Assembly: GCF_002105155.1 (NCBI RefSeq)
Contig: NW_019028979.1
Location: 186,001-250,000 of the forward strand
DNA: 64,000 nt
Direction: 5' to 3'
Origin: Lobosporangium transversale
Taxonomy: Eukaryota
Under the pieces are notes generated by a model. The model made no database searches. It was not told the origin of the DNA and saw nothing but the letters and a program-made list of their open reading frames with translations. The position numbers and the translations under genes are program-made. Shown in pieces: positions 38,908 to 50,947 of this stretch (positions are counted from its first letter, which is position 1; every line of letters starts with the position of its first letter).

Positions 38908-40216
38908 AACATCTATTTCTTTTAGGATGTCAGGCGGTGGGATGATGATGAACGGAACAAATGGCTCGCAGTTGTGGGACACTGCCTTGCTGATTCAGGG
39001 TGTTATGGAATCTGGATTGGCACATGAGCCCCAGAATCATGAAGCCATGAAGAAAGCCCTTTTGTTTTTGGACGACTGCCAGATCAAGCGCAACCCTCCA
39101 TTCATGAAGGAAGGCTGGCGTGATCGCACCTTAGGTTCTTGGCCCTTCAGCAACAGGTTCCAGGGATACACTGTCTCTGATTGTACCGCCGAAGGTCTCA
39201 AGGCTGTCTTGCTTTTGCAAGGAAAGCTAGAGTAAGAAAAGCATTTCTGAGCATCTTTGAAAGGATCGACTGTCACTGTATAGTATTTATGTATATTGAT
39301 GCTTTCATCTCCATCATTACTAATCCGAAATTTACTATATATATAAAAAAAAAAAAAAAAAAAAAAAGCTATACCGAAGAACGCATTCCTCTCGAGAGAT
39401 TGAAGCAAGCAGTCGATATTGTACTGGATATGCAAAACAAGAGTGGTGGATTTGCTTCCTATGAATCTGTCCGTGGCCCTGCTTGGCTTGAGTGGATCAA
39501 CCCTGCAGAAGTCTTTGGCAACATCATGATTGAGTACTGCTACCCAGAGTGTTCCACCGCCTGTGTCCTCGGTCTCACCTACTTCCGTGAACAGCATCCG
39601 GATTACCGCCGCGACGAAATTGAGTACGTTACGAGTGAGCTGGTTGTAAAAAAAAAAAAAAAAAAAAAATACTCAATCATCTTTCTTTCCTTTTGAATTT
39701 AGTGCTACCATTACACGCGCAGTCAAGTACATCCACAGTGTCCAAAGGGAAGACGGTTCCTGGTACGGTTCCTGGGCTATTTGCTTTACCTACGCTACAA
39801 TGTTTGCATGTGAATCTCTAAGCAGTGTGGGGCTTTCATACGACAACAGTGAGGCTCTCCGCAAGGCCTGCCAATTCCTGCTGTCAAAGCAACGTGAGGA
39901 TGGTGGCTGGGGAGAGTCCTACAAGTCATGCGAACAACATCGCTACGTCGAACATGAGAATTCTCAAGTGGTTCAGACCGCTTGGGCTCTCATGGCCCTG
40001 ATGGCTGCCAAATGCCCAGATCACACCGCTATTGAGCGTGGTATCAAACTGATCATGGGTCGCCAACAAAAGGATGGGCAGTGGAAACAAGAGGCCATTG
40101 AGGGGATCTTTAACCATTCTTGCTCCATCTCTTATCCAAACTATAAGCACATCTTCACCATTTGGGCTTTGGGTCGATATGCTAACATGTATGAGAGGAA
40201 GACAAAGCAAAACTAA
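37323..40216 (+). CDS. ERG7: Lanosterol synthase (oxidosqualene cyclase); 7 exons
   Basis: [14 protein letters not shown], catalytic VSDCTAE and QW repeats ([23 protein letters not shown]). The T of GTNGSQ and the Q..V of QGYTVSDCT are the lanosterol-type residues rather than the cycloartenol-type Y/H/I. Confidence 0.95.
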
Positions 40217-40541
40217 ATAATACAGTCGACAAATAGTCTATCTATCAATACCAATATCAATTTCAATAATCACAATTGCCGTGAATGCTTTGTTTGTTTT
40301 GTTTACTTGTTCTTTGTTTCTGTCAAATCTGTGAAGGCAAAAGTACATTATGAGTAAAAAATAAAGGCGTGAGAATATATGTGAGAAAGTGCATAAATGT
40401 GAGGTTTAGTAAATGGAGTTGTGCATAAGTGTGAACTGTACAGCCGCTGCGATTTCTTTTTCTTTTCTTTTCTTTTTTTTTTTACGGCTCGTGCGTTGGA
40501 TCTCTTGAGCCTGCAGCCTCGCCCATAACACTTATATGATG

Positions 40542-43500
40542 TTACTGTTGAATATGATGGGATGTATAACCGGCACCAGCGCCACGAAATCCATTAGAGA
40601 GTCGGTCATTTTCCATCACCAGACCAGTCGAGTTACTATTAGCGCTGCCACTGCTATTGTTTGAAGAAGCATCACTAGAGAGACTACCATGCCTTAATGG
40701 TGGTAGGTGGCTCACCGATTTTCGGCCTGATCCAACCGTCAACCCAAGGCTCCCATTGGCTCCGTTACTGGGAAAGTGACCATATTGATGTTGCTGTTGC
40801 TGTTGTTGCTGTTGTAAATGACTAGACGGCCCATTGGGCGGTCCGATGGGTAGTAATGGGCTATGGAGTCCACCCGCTCCTCCGCTTCCGTTATGTAGGC
40901 TACCTCCTAAGACTGGTGGCGGCGAGTGTGCGCGTGAGGTAGAAGACATTAATCCAATGTTTGACGAGCTTCCATTCCCGCTACTGTTCACAACGGTTCC
41001 ACCAGGGCCATTCATGTGAGGTGGTCTCATGAAATTGGTACGACTCCAAGTATTAGATCCATTTAAAGGGGGCGGGCTCAAGCCTAACTGCTGTGGCTGT
41101 AAATCCTGCAGATTAGGGTGCATAAACTGCTGCTGCATAAAGAGCTGCTGCTGATGTTGCAAGTGCTGTTGTTGATTGTGTGGCGATGTTGGAATGTGCA
41201 TAGAATAAGGGGGCATGAAGTGAGAAGCATTAGGCAATGATCCATGGCTCTGCAGTTGATGTCCGAAAGACGAAAAGTCTGATGCTAAGAAAGGATCTGG
41301 AGTGTCGTTAAAGAAAAGTCATTTTTGAAAATGTTAATAAAATATGACAAAGCAAAGTCAAGTAAGCCTGCTGTAAAACAAACGTCTCATACCATGGCCG
41401 TTCATCCGGCTTCCAAAGAACGAATTGCTAAAAAATGAACTCTCACGCTGGTTACGATCGCTTGAACTGAGTGTTTGTATAGATCCATTCTCGTTGCCAA
41501 AGGCATGTAAACTGGGATGATCAGCCCCATCACCCGTTGGCCGTAGTGCATCCTTACCAAGAGCAATCCCATCCAAGTCCAGAGCTGATCCTCCTGCAAG
41601 ATTCAAAGACGGTGATCTAGGCCTCCGGTCAAGCTCAGAACCGATTGTTAATCCTGAAAGTCCGAGCGAGATACCATCAAAGCTACTGGACATGTGGGAA
41701 TGAGTTTGGCTGTCCTTTGGTCTACCGATGGGGACCGGACGCTGAATAGGTTTAATCACATCGCCTGATGATGTCCCATAAGGTGTGGATGTCCTTCGGG
41801 TATGTCCGATAGGTGATATAGGGCCAAAAGAACCGATAGGGGTCCCAATGGCTCCCAAGGCTGGTGGGCTGTGTAATGGCGACCCATTGCTGTTTGTTAA
41901 CTCATGGCTTCCTGGCGCAGAATTGGGGTTCATCAAGGTAAGCAGCTGCTTTGAAGGAACATTGATCTGACCGAACCCAATTGAATTTAATCCTGGTGAA
42001 CGAAGTCCGCCCATCTGCTGAGGAAGTTGATTAGACGAAAGATGGTGTTGAGGCTCGCTTTGGAATGTTGAAGCATTCTGATGCGATGCTCCCATATACC
42101 CACCGCGACCAGTAGTATAACCCATACGAGATGAGAAGGGATCGAGGTCGCCGCTAATGGGACCAAAGTGCCCCGGAGGTCTAAAGAGGCCTTGTTGCAT
42201 AGTTGATGCAAACATTGGTTGGAGCTGAGGCTGGGAAATACTTTGCGCTGAATATGGGTTGGACCATAGACTATTTGCAAGCGACGTTGAAGGGCCTTGT
42301 GCAGGTTGAGACTGGTTGATCAAAGATTCTTCAGCATGGAGTGGTGAGGTTGATAAGGGCATAGTGGGCGACCGACTTTGTGACCCATGCGTGACACTGG
42401 CAATACCTGATCTCGAAACGGTAGTTCCATCACGATTTAATGATATTGATGTTGTAATGCTCTCAGGGGCGAGATCATGCGAGCTATTTTCCAACACTGC
42501 GGCAACTATCTCTTCCGTTACAGCTACTTCCTTTCCTGCAGCTGCAGCAGAAGCAGTCTCCCACTCCAATTTTTCGAGGTCTTCTTTGACTTTTTGCTCC
42601 TTCTGGCGTAACTCCTGTTGTCGTTTCTGTTCTTCAGCGAGCTGCTGCTTCAGATAGACCTCTTGCTCCAATCGCTTAGCTTCCTTAACCGCCTCTTCTG
42701 CTACCTTCTGTGCTTCGAGCTCTGCCTTCCGTACTAGTTCTTCCTGCTCTTTAGCATGCTGTTCTTCCTTGCGCTTACGCTCTTTCTCAATCTCACGTGC
42801 CTTCTCTTCCTTGATCTTGCGTTTCCGTTCTTCCTCCTTCTTCAGCCGCTCTTCCTCGCGTAACCTCTTTTCCTCTTCTTTAGCACGCCGCTCTTCTTCT
42901 CGTCGCTTTCGGTCTGCTTCTAGTTTTCGCTCCCGTTCTTCTAGTAATCGCTTTTCTTCAGCTAAGCGCAGGGCTTCTTTAGCGGCTCTTTCTTCTTCCT
43001 TTTGCTGTCGTTGCAACCTGAAAGGATTTCAAATAACCATTAGTACATGGAAATAGTGTTTTATCCCTACACAATATAGTTAGAACAAGCTACAAAGGAA
43101 AATAAATAACACACCTCTTCTTGTCGCGCTTCCGCTCTTTTTCTCGTTCTTTCCGCTCTTCACGGAGTTGTTCCTGCCGTGACTCCTCTTCTAACTCAGC
43201 CAGGAGGCGTTCTTGCCTTTCCTGAGCCACTTTTTCGCGGTATGCGCTCAGGACCCGTTGCTCAAACATCCGTGCGGCGAATGCTTGAAACATACGGCGT
43301 CCTTCCTCCATACGCTGCTCTTTTGTCAAGGCATCCTATAGCAAAAAAAAAAAAAAAAAAAAAAAAAAGCTTTGTTCAGGAAACAAAAAAAAAAAAATCT
43401 CTGTTGTTTTGTTGCTTCTAGTGTTTACCTCTTCGACACCATCATCCTCGAAATCGCCGTCCTCATCGTCGTCAAATTCCTCGTAAACTCCTCGATTATC

Positions 43501-45196
43501 CATCAGCTCATCATCGCGTTGGACTTTCCGATCTGCCAATCTATCCATCATCTCTAAAAACTTTTTGCCGTCGTTTTCGAGTAGGTCCTCAGCAACGGTA
43601 AGGATGTTGCCTAATCAGTTGCGAATATTTTTTTTTGTTCAGTGAGCTACAAATGCCTAAAGGACCAATATTCAGCTCATGTGGCCCGAATTATATCATG
43701 ATCTGAGTTGCTGTTGAATGAAGGCAAAAGAGAGTACCTTTGGCCTGAAGGGTATTTGGAAAGCCACTCCGGTAAGAAAAGGGCGCTTTACGAGTACTGA
43801 CTTCGTCTTCGTAATCTTCCTCTTCTTCCTCATCTTCATATCCATCTTCATCATCCTCATCATCCTCTTCTTCGTCTTCTTCTTCTTCGTCTGAGCCTCT
43901 AGATTCATCGGAGAGATCATCATCTTCAAATACAGGCGAGTGCTGAGCATATGTGAGAGCATGACCGTCTGATGGCTGTTGTTGATTGGCATATTGCTCC
44001 AGTTCGTCGTAATAAGCATCATAAAGCAGCTCCAACTCCTCCTCTATAGCCGTCCTATCGTAGTAAATAAGCGATAGCTCCTATAGTTAAAAGCCGGGTA
44101 TTGGAATTGTGTCACCTGCGAATGTGAATATAAAAAAAAAGTTAGAAATATTCAGTCAGGCCTACCGTTTACGACCACACAGGGAGCAGGAACAAGAGTG
44201 CCGTTGTTGTTCCTTCATTTTTTTCAGAACAGCTTCTTTTTCAACACGGACAAGAGATCGACGTTCTTCCTCTCGTAGCTGGAACCAAAACTCTCTGATC
44301 CGCTGACGTTCCTCTGCGTCCGAATAATGCCAAAAGCCATCGTTTTGAGTATGACCGCCATCATGTACATGCTTGGTTGTTGAACGCTCATGGCCATTTC
44401 TGTGGGAAGTTGGGACCATGGACTTTGAATTAGAGCCATTGTTCCCATGACTATTGTGGCTATGTTGAATGTTGATTGATGGCATCGTCCCAGTTGAAGA
44501 TTTTTTTCTCTTCTTTTTCTTCTTTTTAGCTGAACTTGACTCAGCAGAATTGCTAATCGTAGTTCCTTGCCTTAGTGGTGCCGACATTGATGATACTGAA
44601 TGACTATGGCCTTCTGTGCTGTCTAGACACGCTGAGGATGCAAGAGCGGGGGTCTCGGGATCATAAGCATCTTCGTCCGAGTAGAAGTCCTCGTCCTCGT
44701 CATCTTCTTCTTCGTGGTGATGATGGTGGCCCGAATTATGATGATGCCGATGTCCATGTTCATGTTGGCAACCAAGATGATGCGCTTGGCGATGCATCAC
44801 TCTCGTAGTAGCAGAATTGATGACGTCCTTACTTGCTTTGCTATTTGTCTCCTCGATTCTATCTAGTAGCTTCTTCTTTGACTTTTTCTTCTTCTTCTTT
44901 TTGTGTGAAGAACTTGTGCTGGTAGAAGTCGTTAAGCCGCCTTGGTCATTGCTACCACTGCTTGCAGATCCTCGGACGTCATTGATTGCGCCTGTAGAAC
45001 CATCAACAGTGGATGCAGTCCCGATTGTGGTAGAGTTCGTAGGAGTTGGAGAGGCTATAGAATGGTCATGAGGCGCTGGCGCGAAATGCTTTGTCATGTC
45101 AATGTTAAGGCTCCTCTTTCTGCCATCTCTGCTGTAAATGACAGCGGATTTAGGTGGAGGTAATGCGTCCTCGGGAGCAAAAGTGTGAGCTGCCAT
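40542..45196 (-). CDS. NST1: Stress response protein Nst1; 6 exons
   Basis: [125 protein letters not shown]; long E/K/R-rich helix. Confidence 0.92.
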
Positions 45197-46215
45197 CGAG
45201 GTATACAAATACGTGTCAATGAATACGTCGGTAAGGGTTGAGTACTGAACCAGGCTACAATCGGTTGGAATATGAGTATAAATGTGAATGAGTATTGAGA
45301 AGGAAATTAATTCACCAAACGGCCTCCTGAAATATCGGTGCTGGTGCAGGTGAGTTTGGATAGGGGGAAAGAAATTGATGAGTTCCCGCTGCTTGGGTTA
45401 TATAGAGCTACGTTCCGTTTAATGAATGAATGACACGATATGGCTGTTTGAGGTGGAATAAGCAGTGGTAGTTAGTGAAGCATAATATGGTTTATATTTG
45501 AAAAGCCAAATGAAAAATAAGCAACATCGTTGTGCCTCACAGGTCAGTCAGAAATTTAATCGTAAAGTCCATCGAATGCTGCAAACCAAATCACTACATC
45601 ACTCTCATTCTCATTTTCTCATTCTTTCTTCCTCTCTTTTCGGACTTCCACCCATTCAGCTGTTTGGTTTTCTTGAATATTATTGACTTTCTTCACCAAC
45701 ATCTCATTATTTCATAAGCATATACGTATAAGAGACATAATAGAAGAGAGCAAGGGAGAAAGAGGAACATACACACTCTGTTTTGGACTATGACAGAAAA
45801 TGAGAAAGAATCATACCCGATGAATGTTTTTTTTTTTTTTTTTTTTTTTTTTGGCGGCAATGGAGAGGGTAAAAAGAACAAGAGAGAGACAAAGTCTTTC
45901 CTTGCAGGTCGTCTGGAGAAAGATTGAAATCAGGAAATAAATAAATTACGTATATCTCACAAAATTGCAAGGATATAACATACCCTCCATAACACCAAGC
46001 TCATTCATCATGAAAAGGTTTTTTTAAGATATCTTTTTTTCTCTTTATTGTTAATAGGGTGTGGGATTTTAGAATTCATAAAAGACCCTCACTACTGTTT
46101 TATAACAATGGGAGAGAAAAAAGCTTGACAGTAAGAATATGTTGGGAGGGAATAAGATAGTGATGCGTCCTGCGGGAACGGAAGCATTCAATGAGGCAAT
46201 TTACAGTCATTTCTT

Positions 46216-46649
46216 TTATTTCTTGTCGCCATTCTTCTTGAGCTCTGCGATCTCCTTCTCCTTTTGAGCAAGCTGCTCTTTGAGCTTCTTGATCTGCTCA
46301 GCCTCCTATAGATCATCATGCAAAAAAAAAGTGATAAGAGTTAAAATAGTTGCCATACACAAATGACACGAAAACACGAACGTGATGCTCAATGATGTGT
46401 TCATGCTGTATTGTATGGATATGTTGTCAGAATTGCAGGCTAAAGTAGCCATAATGAACATGAATGAATGAATCTTCAGATCCTTCTTGGTAATTCTTTT
46501 TTTTTTTTTCTCACCTTCTGACGGATGTACTGGTTCTCCTCTGCTCTCTCCTTGTCACTGAAGGTGTTGCTGTACATACGACGAGCAACAGTAGAGACTT
46601 GGACAGGCTTGAAGACACGGACAGCGGTGGTGGTAGTGGTACGCAACAT
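46216..46649 (-). CDS. INH1: Mitochondrial F1Fo-ATPase inhibitor IF1 (Inh1/Stf1 family), 74 aa, 2 exons; not in the ORF track
   Basis: Exon 1 46649-46515 MLRTTTTTAVRVFKPVQVSTVARRMYSNTFSDKERAEENQYIRQK, GT-AG intron, exon 2 46305-46216 EAEQIKKLKEQLAQKEKEIAELKKNGDKK*. Presequence plus the F..(K/R)ERA.E..Y.R..E.EQ motif. Confidence 0.9.
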
Positions 46650-46786
46650 GATGAATTGATTTCTGGATTAAGAAAAAGAAAAAAGTGAAAAAGAAGAATC
46701 AACAAACTCTGCTCTTCATATTTCGGGATTGCCGTTGCGCGTATCAACCACATGCTCCTCGACGTGACTGTGTGAAAGTGCTGATT

Positions 46787-47392
46787 CTAAATTAGTCCAG
46801 CAGGTTTGCTGACATGTACTTGTTTCGATGGCTCGAATACAAATATTTCCTTGTGGCTACTTGGCTCCTCCGCTTGGCGTTTGGCGTGCATACCCCAAGG
46901 ATACTCTCCATTGTCGCCTATCAACTGAGAATAAAGAGGTCGTGGCTGATAACGTAGATGGCCAACCATCACATCTCTGTGTACTAACCCCTTGTTTGGA
47001 ACAATAAAGCTGGCGAATAACAACTTGTCTTATAAACTGGTAGTGTAAGCGCTCCTTGGAAATATTATTCGTTCACGGCGGCAACGGTAAATCCAAGGGA
47101 CCTAATCTGAAAGAGGCACGAAGATCACCCGGCAGCGTTAAATTGATAAAAAATACTTACAATGGAAGAAAACTTTCCAGGTCTAAAGCAATCACAACCT
47201 TTTTGCTCTAATTGGATCATCAGCCATCTGGAATATATGGTTAGTAATCTGTATGTATCCTTCAACTCACTCCCCCTTCGCGTCCTACCGATGTCTTTTG
47301 TTGGTTCTTTCCTTGTAAAAGGAGCCGAGATGTGTCTACACTTCCGCGAGCTTGTCGATGCAATCATTGCTGCTTAATAGAGGAGGTATGCT

Positions 47393-47423
<31 letters not shown>

Positions 47424-48100
47424 CATCCAGTAACTGTGCTTAAATGTGAGATGATACACCTTCTTTTGTTTGTTAGTCATATTGTAGAAGTTAGGCACCA
47501 CTGGGGCCCCTACTACTTGGTAACAGAGCATTGCTATCAACCATATATTCTTCTGCTGGGCCAAGGCCTAGAACTCGACCTCTTCTGGCTAGTGTCCCCA
47601 TAGACCAAGAATAGCTTGATTGATTTCGGCTGCGTCTCTAGCTTCGGTCAAATAGTAGCCTGTATCACTAACCGTGGAGGTGGTGAAAGCAAGTAGTTTT
47701 CCCTCAGGCAATTGTTGGCACCTCGCCGCATCCAACTTGCTCCTTTTGAATGCCAGTAACTAGAGTAGGAACTATTGTCTAAACCAGGCCTTGCAAGGCA
47801 TAGTCGCTGCTCATGTAAGAGCTTGATTCGAAGCTATCATTCTAAGTGACTTGAGCATGACCGCTCGTTCCTGACAGAGACATCATGAAAGGCTTGGTTT
47901 CGAGTGTTTTGAATCTTCGGCGCCGATTTGTGTTATAGTCTCCAATATCAGTGACCATCTGCTTATAAGAAAGGCTTCTTGTTAGGCATGAGGTCATTCT
48001 GTGAGAGAAAGGCAGGCATAGTACTAGTAAATTCGTCTTTGGCATGGCTTCGGACAGGCCTATGGGTTTCTCAAATGAAAAGCGTAGCAAGCCTCCGAGA
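46787..48100 (-). pseudogene. Degenerate TnpB/Fanzor-like RNA-guided nuclease gene remnant (transposon relic)
   Basis: Collinear frameshifted, stop-ridden blocks on the minus strand: FLL*LLAFK..TSTVSDTGYYLTEAR; RuvC-I-like VLGLGP (~47560, Gly where Asp is expected); FYNMTNKQKKVY; KRHR*DAK; VVIAL..GKFSS; RuvC-II-like IRSLGFTVAAVNE*Y (~47068); IRQLYCSK; RuvC-III-like HRDVM (~46975); RPLY..GEYPW. The 5' boundary is uncertain and may reach ~48670. Confidence 0.72.
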
Positions 48101-48845
48101 AATTCCCAGCACTTTCCTCATGCGGATAAAATTTTCGTTTGTCAGGGCTATACGGCCAACATTCGATTCACAATGTTATGGGAGAAGCAATGCTATTTAC
48201 GTCTGATTATCGAACCATTGATCGAGATATAAATTTTTTTTTCCCCAAACAAGTGTTATTGTCACGGTCTTCAGCCTTTGGGCTGTCTGTTAGGGCCCTT
48301 TGGCCTATCTGAATAAAAACATGCTTAGTTGCTGGTGCCCTCAGAAATTTTCTAAAAACTGACGCGTTTGAAACGCGTCTTTTATTTTTTATCTGCAAGC
48401 CTTGGTTATTTGACACGTCCTGAAGGATTAAAAGCACAATTTCTATTAAAGACGTTATACGAAGAATACCTCTAGATGATACAGGATCTGGATACCCACT
48501 GTAGCCGGCAATCTGATCCTCACCAAACCAGACGCTCTGGCAGGGGATTATGAGACTAATATCGGATTGACACCAATATCTTGTCGACCTCTGAGGTGCC
48601 AATGGTAGTGAGCAGATTGGAGCAATGCACACGTACAACATCCATTTTATATGGATTTGCCTGTACGTGAAGTGGTATCTTTCCCGGTCTGTGTTTATTT
48701 ACTTTTTTTATTCACTCCGCTACAACTACGTCTTACATTGTGATATCCGTCTCCCATCCATTCCTCTTTTTCTTTTCTTTTATTGAATCTCATCTAAACC
48801 TCCATTATCCCGCTGTCCTCTCCACTCTGCTCCCATTCACTAGCC

Positions 48846-49665
48846 ATGCTCGCCTCTCTGAGAACCACGGCCTCCGCCGTTAAAGGCAAGTCAGCCGCGT
48901 TCGACTCCACTTTATTTTTTTATTTAATTTTTTCTGCTGTCGTTCATTGCATCACTTGGGACATTCGCGTGGAACCTTGAAATGCGCTTCAGGTCTATGA
49001 CATCACTCTTATGGACGGAGAGCAATAATTAACAGAATGAAAAGAGAGGAAGGAAGGAGTAAGCAATGCATGAATCTTTACATGCTTCTTTTCCGTAACT
49101 TGATTTACATTTGAGTGGACATGGACAATCTGGAGAAGCAATTAAATTCCTCTTCAAAGAAGTAAACATATGTCTCATTGCGTCTTAGACCTGGGCCGCA
49201 ATGTCAAGACGGCTCAGGATAAAAAGAGACACGTCCTGGTCAGCAATAAGGACGCGATCTGGGTACAATGAGATATCTACACGGAACGTGGGAAAGAGAT
49301 TAATTTAGCAGAGTCTCAAAGTATCTGTCCACTCAGGATCGCTTTTTGCCATCGCTGGGACAATAACGTGTCTCCTACGTATCCTATTTCTCTAGAAGAA
49401 TCCCGACCTAGGGATGGATGTTGACTTTCAATCGCTAACTAACTAAAGTTTGCAACTTATCTATTAATCAATCTAGCTGCCCAGCGTATGTTCAGCAGTT
49501 CTGCCAAGGCTGCTGCCAATTACGACAGTACTGTTAAGAACATGTTGATCAACAAGCAGACCAAGGTTGTTTGCCAAGGATTCACTGGCAAGCAGGTAAA
49601 TATTGCGCTTGATCGTCCAATTCACTCTTCTTAACGCCTCTTAGAAAAGGAAGATAGCCCAAGAA

Positions 49666-49697
<32 letters not shown>

Positions 49698-50947
49698 TGT
49701 GGTGCTATGTCTCTCGTTTGATCACGAACTTCAGGTATCGATTGAAGTCATCTCCAATGGAAAAACACCAGGATGGCATTTTATGAGATACTATTGAACC
49801 ATTGTCACCGGCGGAATATTTGATGGGAAAATATTTTTGCCTACTACCCGTTTTGTCATTAGGATTCAAGATCCTTTTATTTTTTTTTCCAACTAGTTAT
49901 CGCACTTTATTTTGACTTGACTAAAAGTACAGCTGCGGTTTACCTCGAAAAAAAGCATGTTGTACTTACCAAACTACATTGACTATACTTATTAGGGTAC
50001 TTTCCATTCCAAGCAGGCCATTGAGTACGGGACCAATATGGTTGGAGGCGTCTCCCCCAAGAAGGGTGGCCAGACTCACTTGGGACTCCCTGTCTTCAAT
50101 ACCGTCGCTGATATTGCTAGGGAACTCAAGCCTGATGCTTCAGTCATCTACGTTCCTCCTCCCATGGCTGCCGGCGCCATCATGGAAGCTATTGAGGCTG
50201 AGATTCCTTTGGTTGTTGCCATTACCGAAGGTATTCCTCAACAGGACATGGTTCGCGTAAGTGAAAACCCCCCCCCCCCTATATCACTAGCAAGCTGTGT
50301 TACGACTGTTACACTTCCCTCACCCGTCCATGTTTTTCGATTGTTGATAATTTACTATGATACAGGTTGTCAGAGCTTTAAAGACTCAGGACAAGACCCG
50401 CCTCATCGGACCCAACTGCCCTGGTATCATTGCCCCCGATGCCTGCAAGATCGGTATTATGCCCGGCCACATTCACAAGGTTGGAAAGATCGGTATTGTC
50501 TCTCGTTCCGGTACTCTTACCTATGAGGCTGTCAATCAGACTACCGAGGTTGGCCTTGGTCAGTCTCTTTGTGTTGGTATTGGCGGTGATCCTTTCAACG
50601 GAACCAACTTCATTGACTGCTTGACCTTGTTCTTGGAGGACCCTAACACTGAGGGTATCATCATGATCGGTGAAATTGGAGGCAGCGCCGAGGAGGAGGC
50701 TGCCGAGTTCCTGAAGAAGTACAACTTGACCCGTGAAAAGCCCAAGCCTGTTGTCTCCTTCATTGCTGGCCGCACTGCCCCTCCTGGTCGCCGCATGGGC
50801 CATGCTGGTGCCATCATTGCAGGAGGCAAGGGAGGTGCCGATGACAAGATCAAGGCCTTGGAAAGCGCCGGTGTCGTGGTCTCGCAAAGCCCTGCTAAGC
50901 TGGGAGTTCTCATGCGTGCACAAATGGAGAAGGCTGGATTGGTCTAA
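48846..50947 (+). CDS. LSC1: Succinate-CoA ligase alpha subunit, mitochondrial; 4 exons
   Basis: [94 protein letters not shown] (phospho-His). Intron 1 (48886-49476) is GC-AG. Confidence 0.96.

Noticed and set aside
37323..40216. ERG7 as a cycloartenol synthase or part of a triterpene cluster
   Set aside because: Diagnostic residues are lanosterol-type, and the neighbours (SMU1, NST1) are not tailoring enzymes.
48207..48641. 144-aa minus-strand ORF upstream of the nuclease relic
   Set aside because: Non-ATG start and no recognisable motif. It may be decayed element sequence but cannot be supported as a gene.
49170..49420. TPP riboswitch as the identity of the LSC1 intron structure
   Set aside because: The conserved CTGAGA and CCTGAT...TAATGC-type motifs were not found in the right arrangement.
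50378..50923. 181-aa and 117-aa antisense ORFs over LSC1, and similar shadows over ERG7, MBF and NST1
   Set aside because: Antisense shadows of codon-biased real genes.
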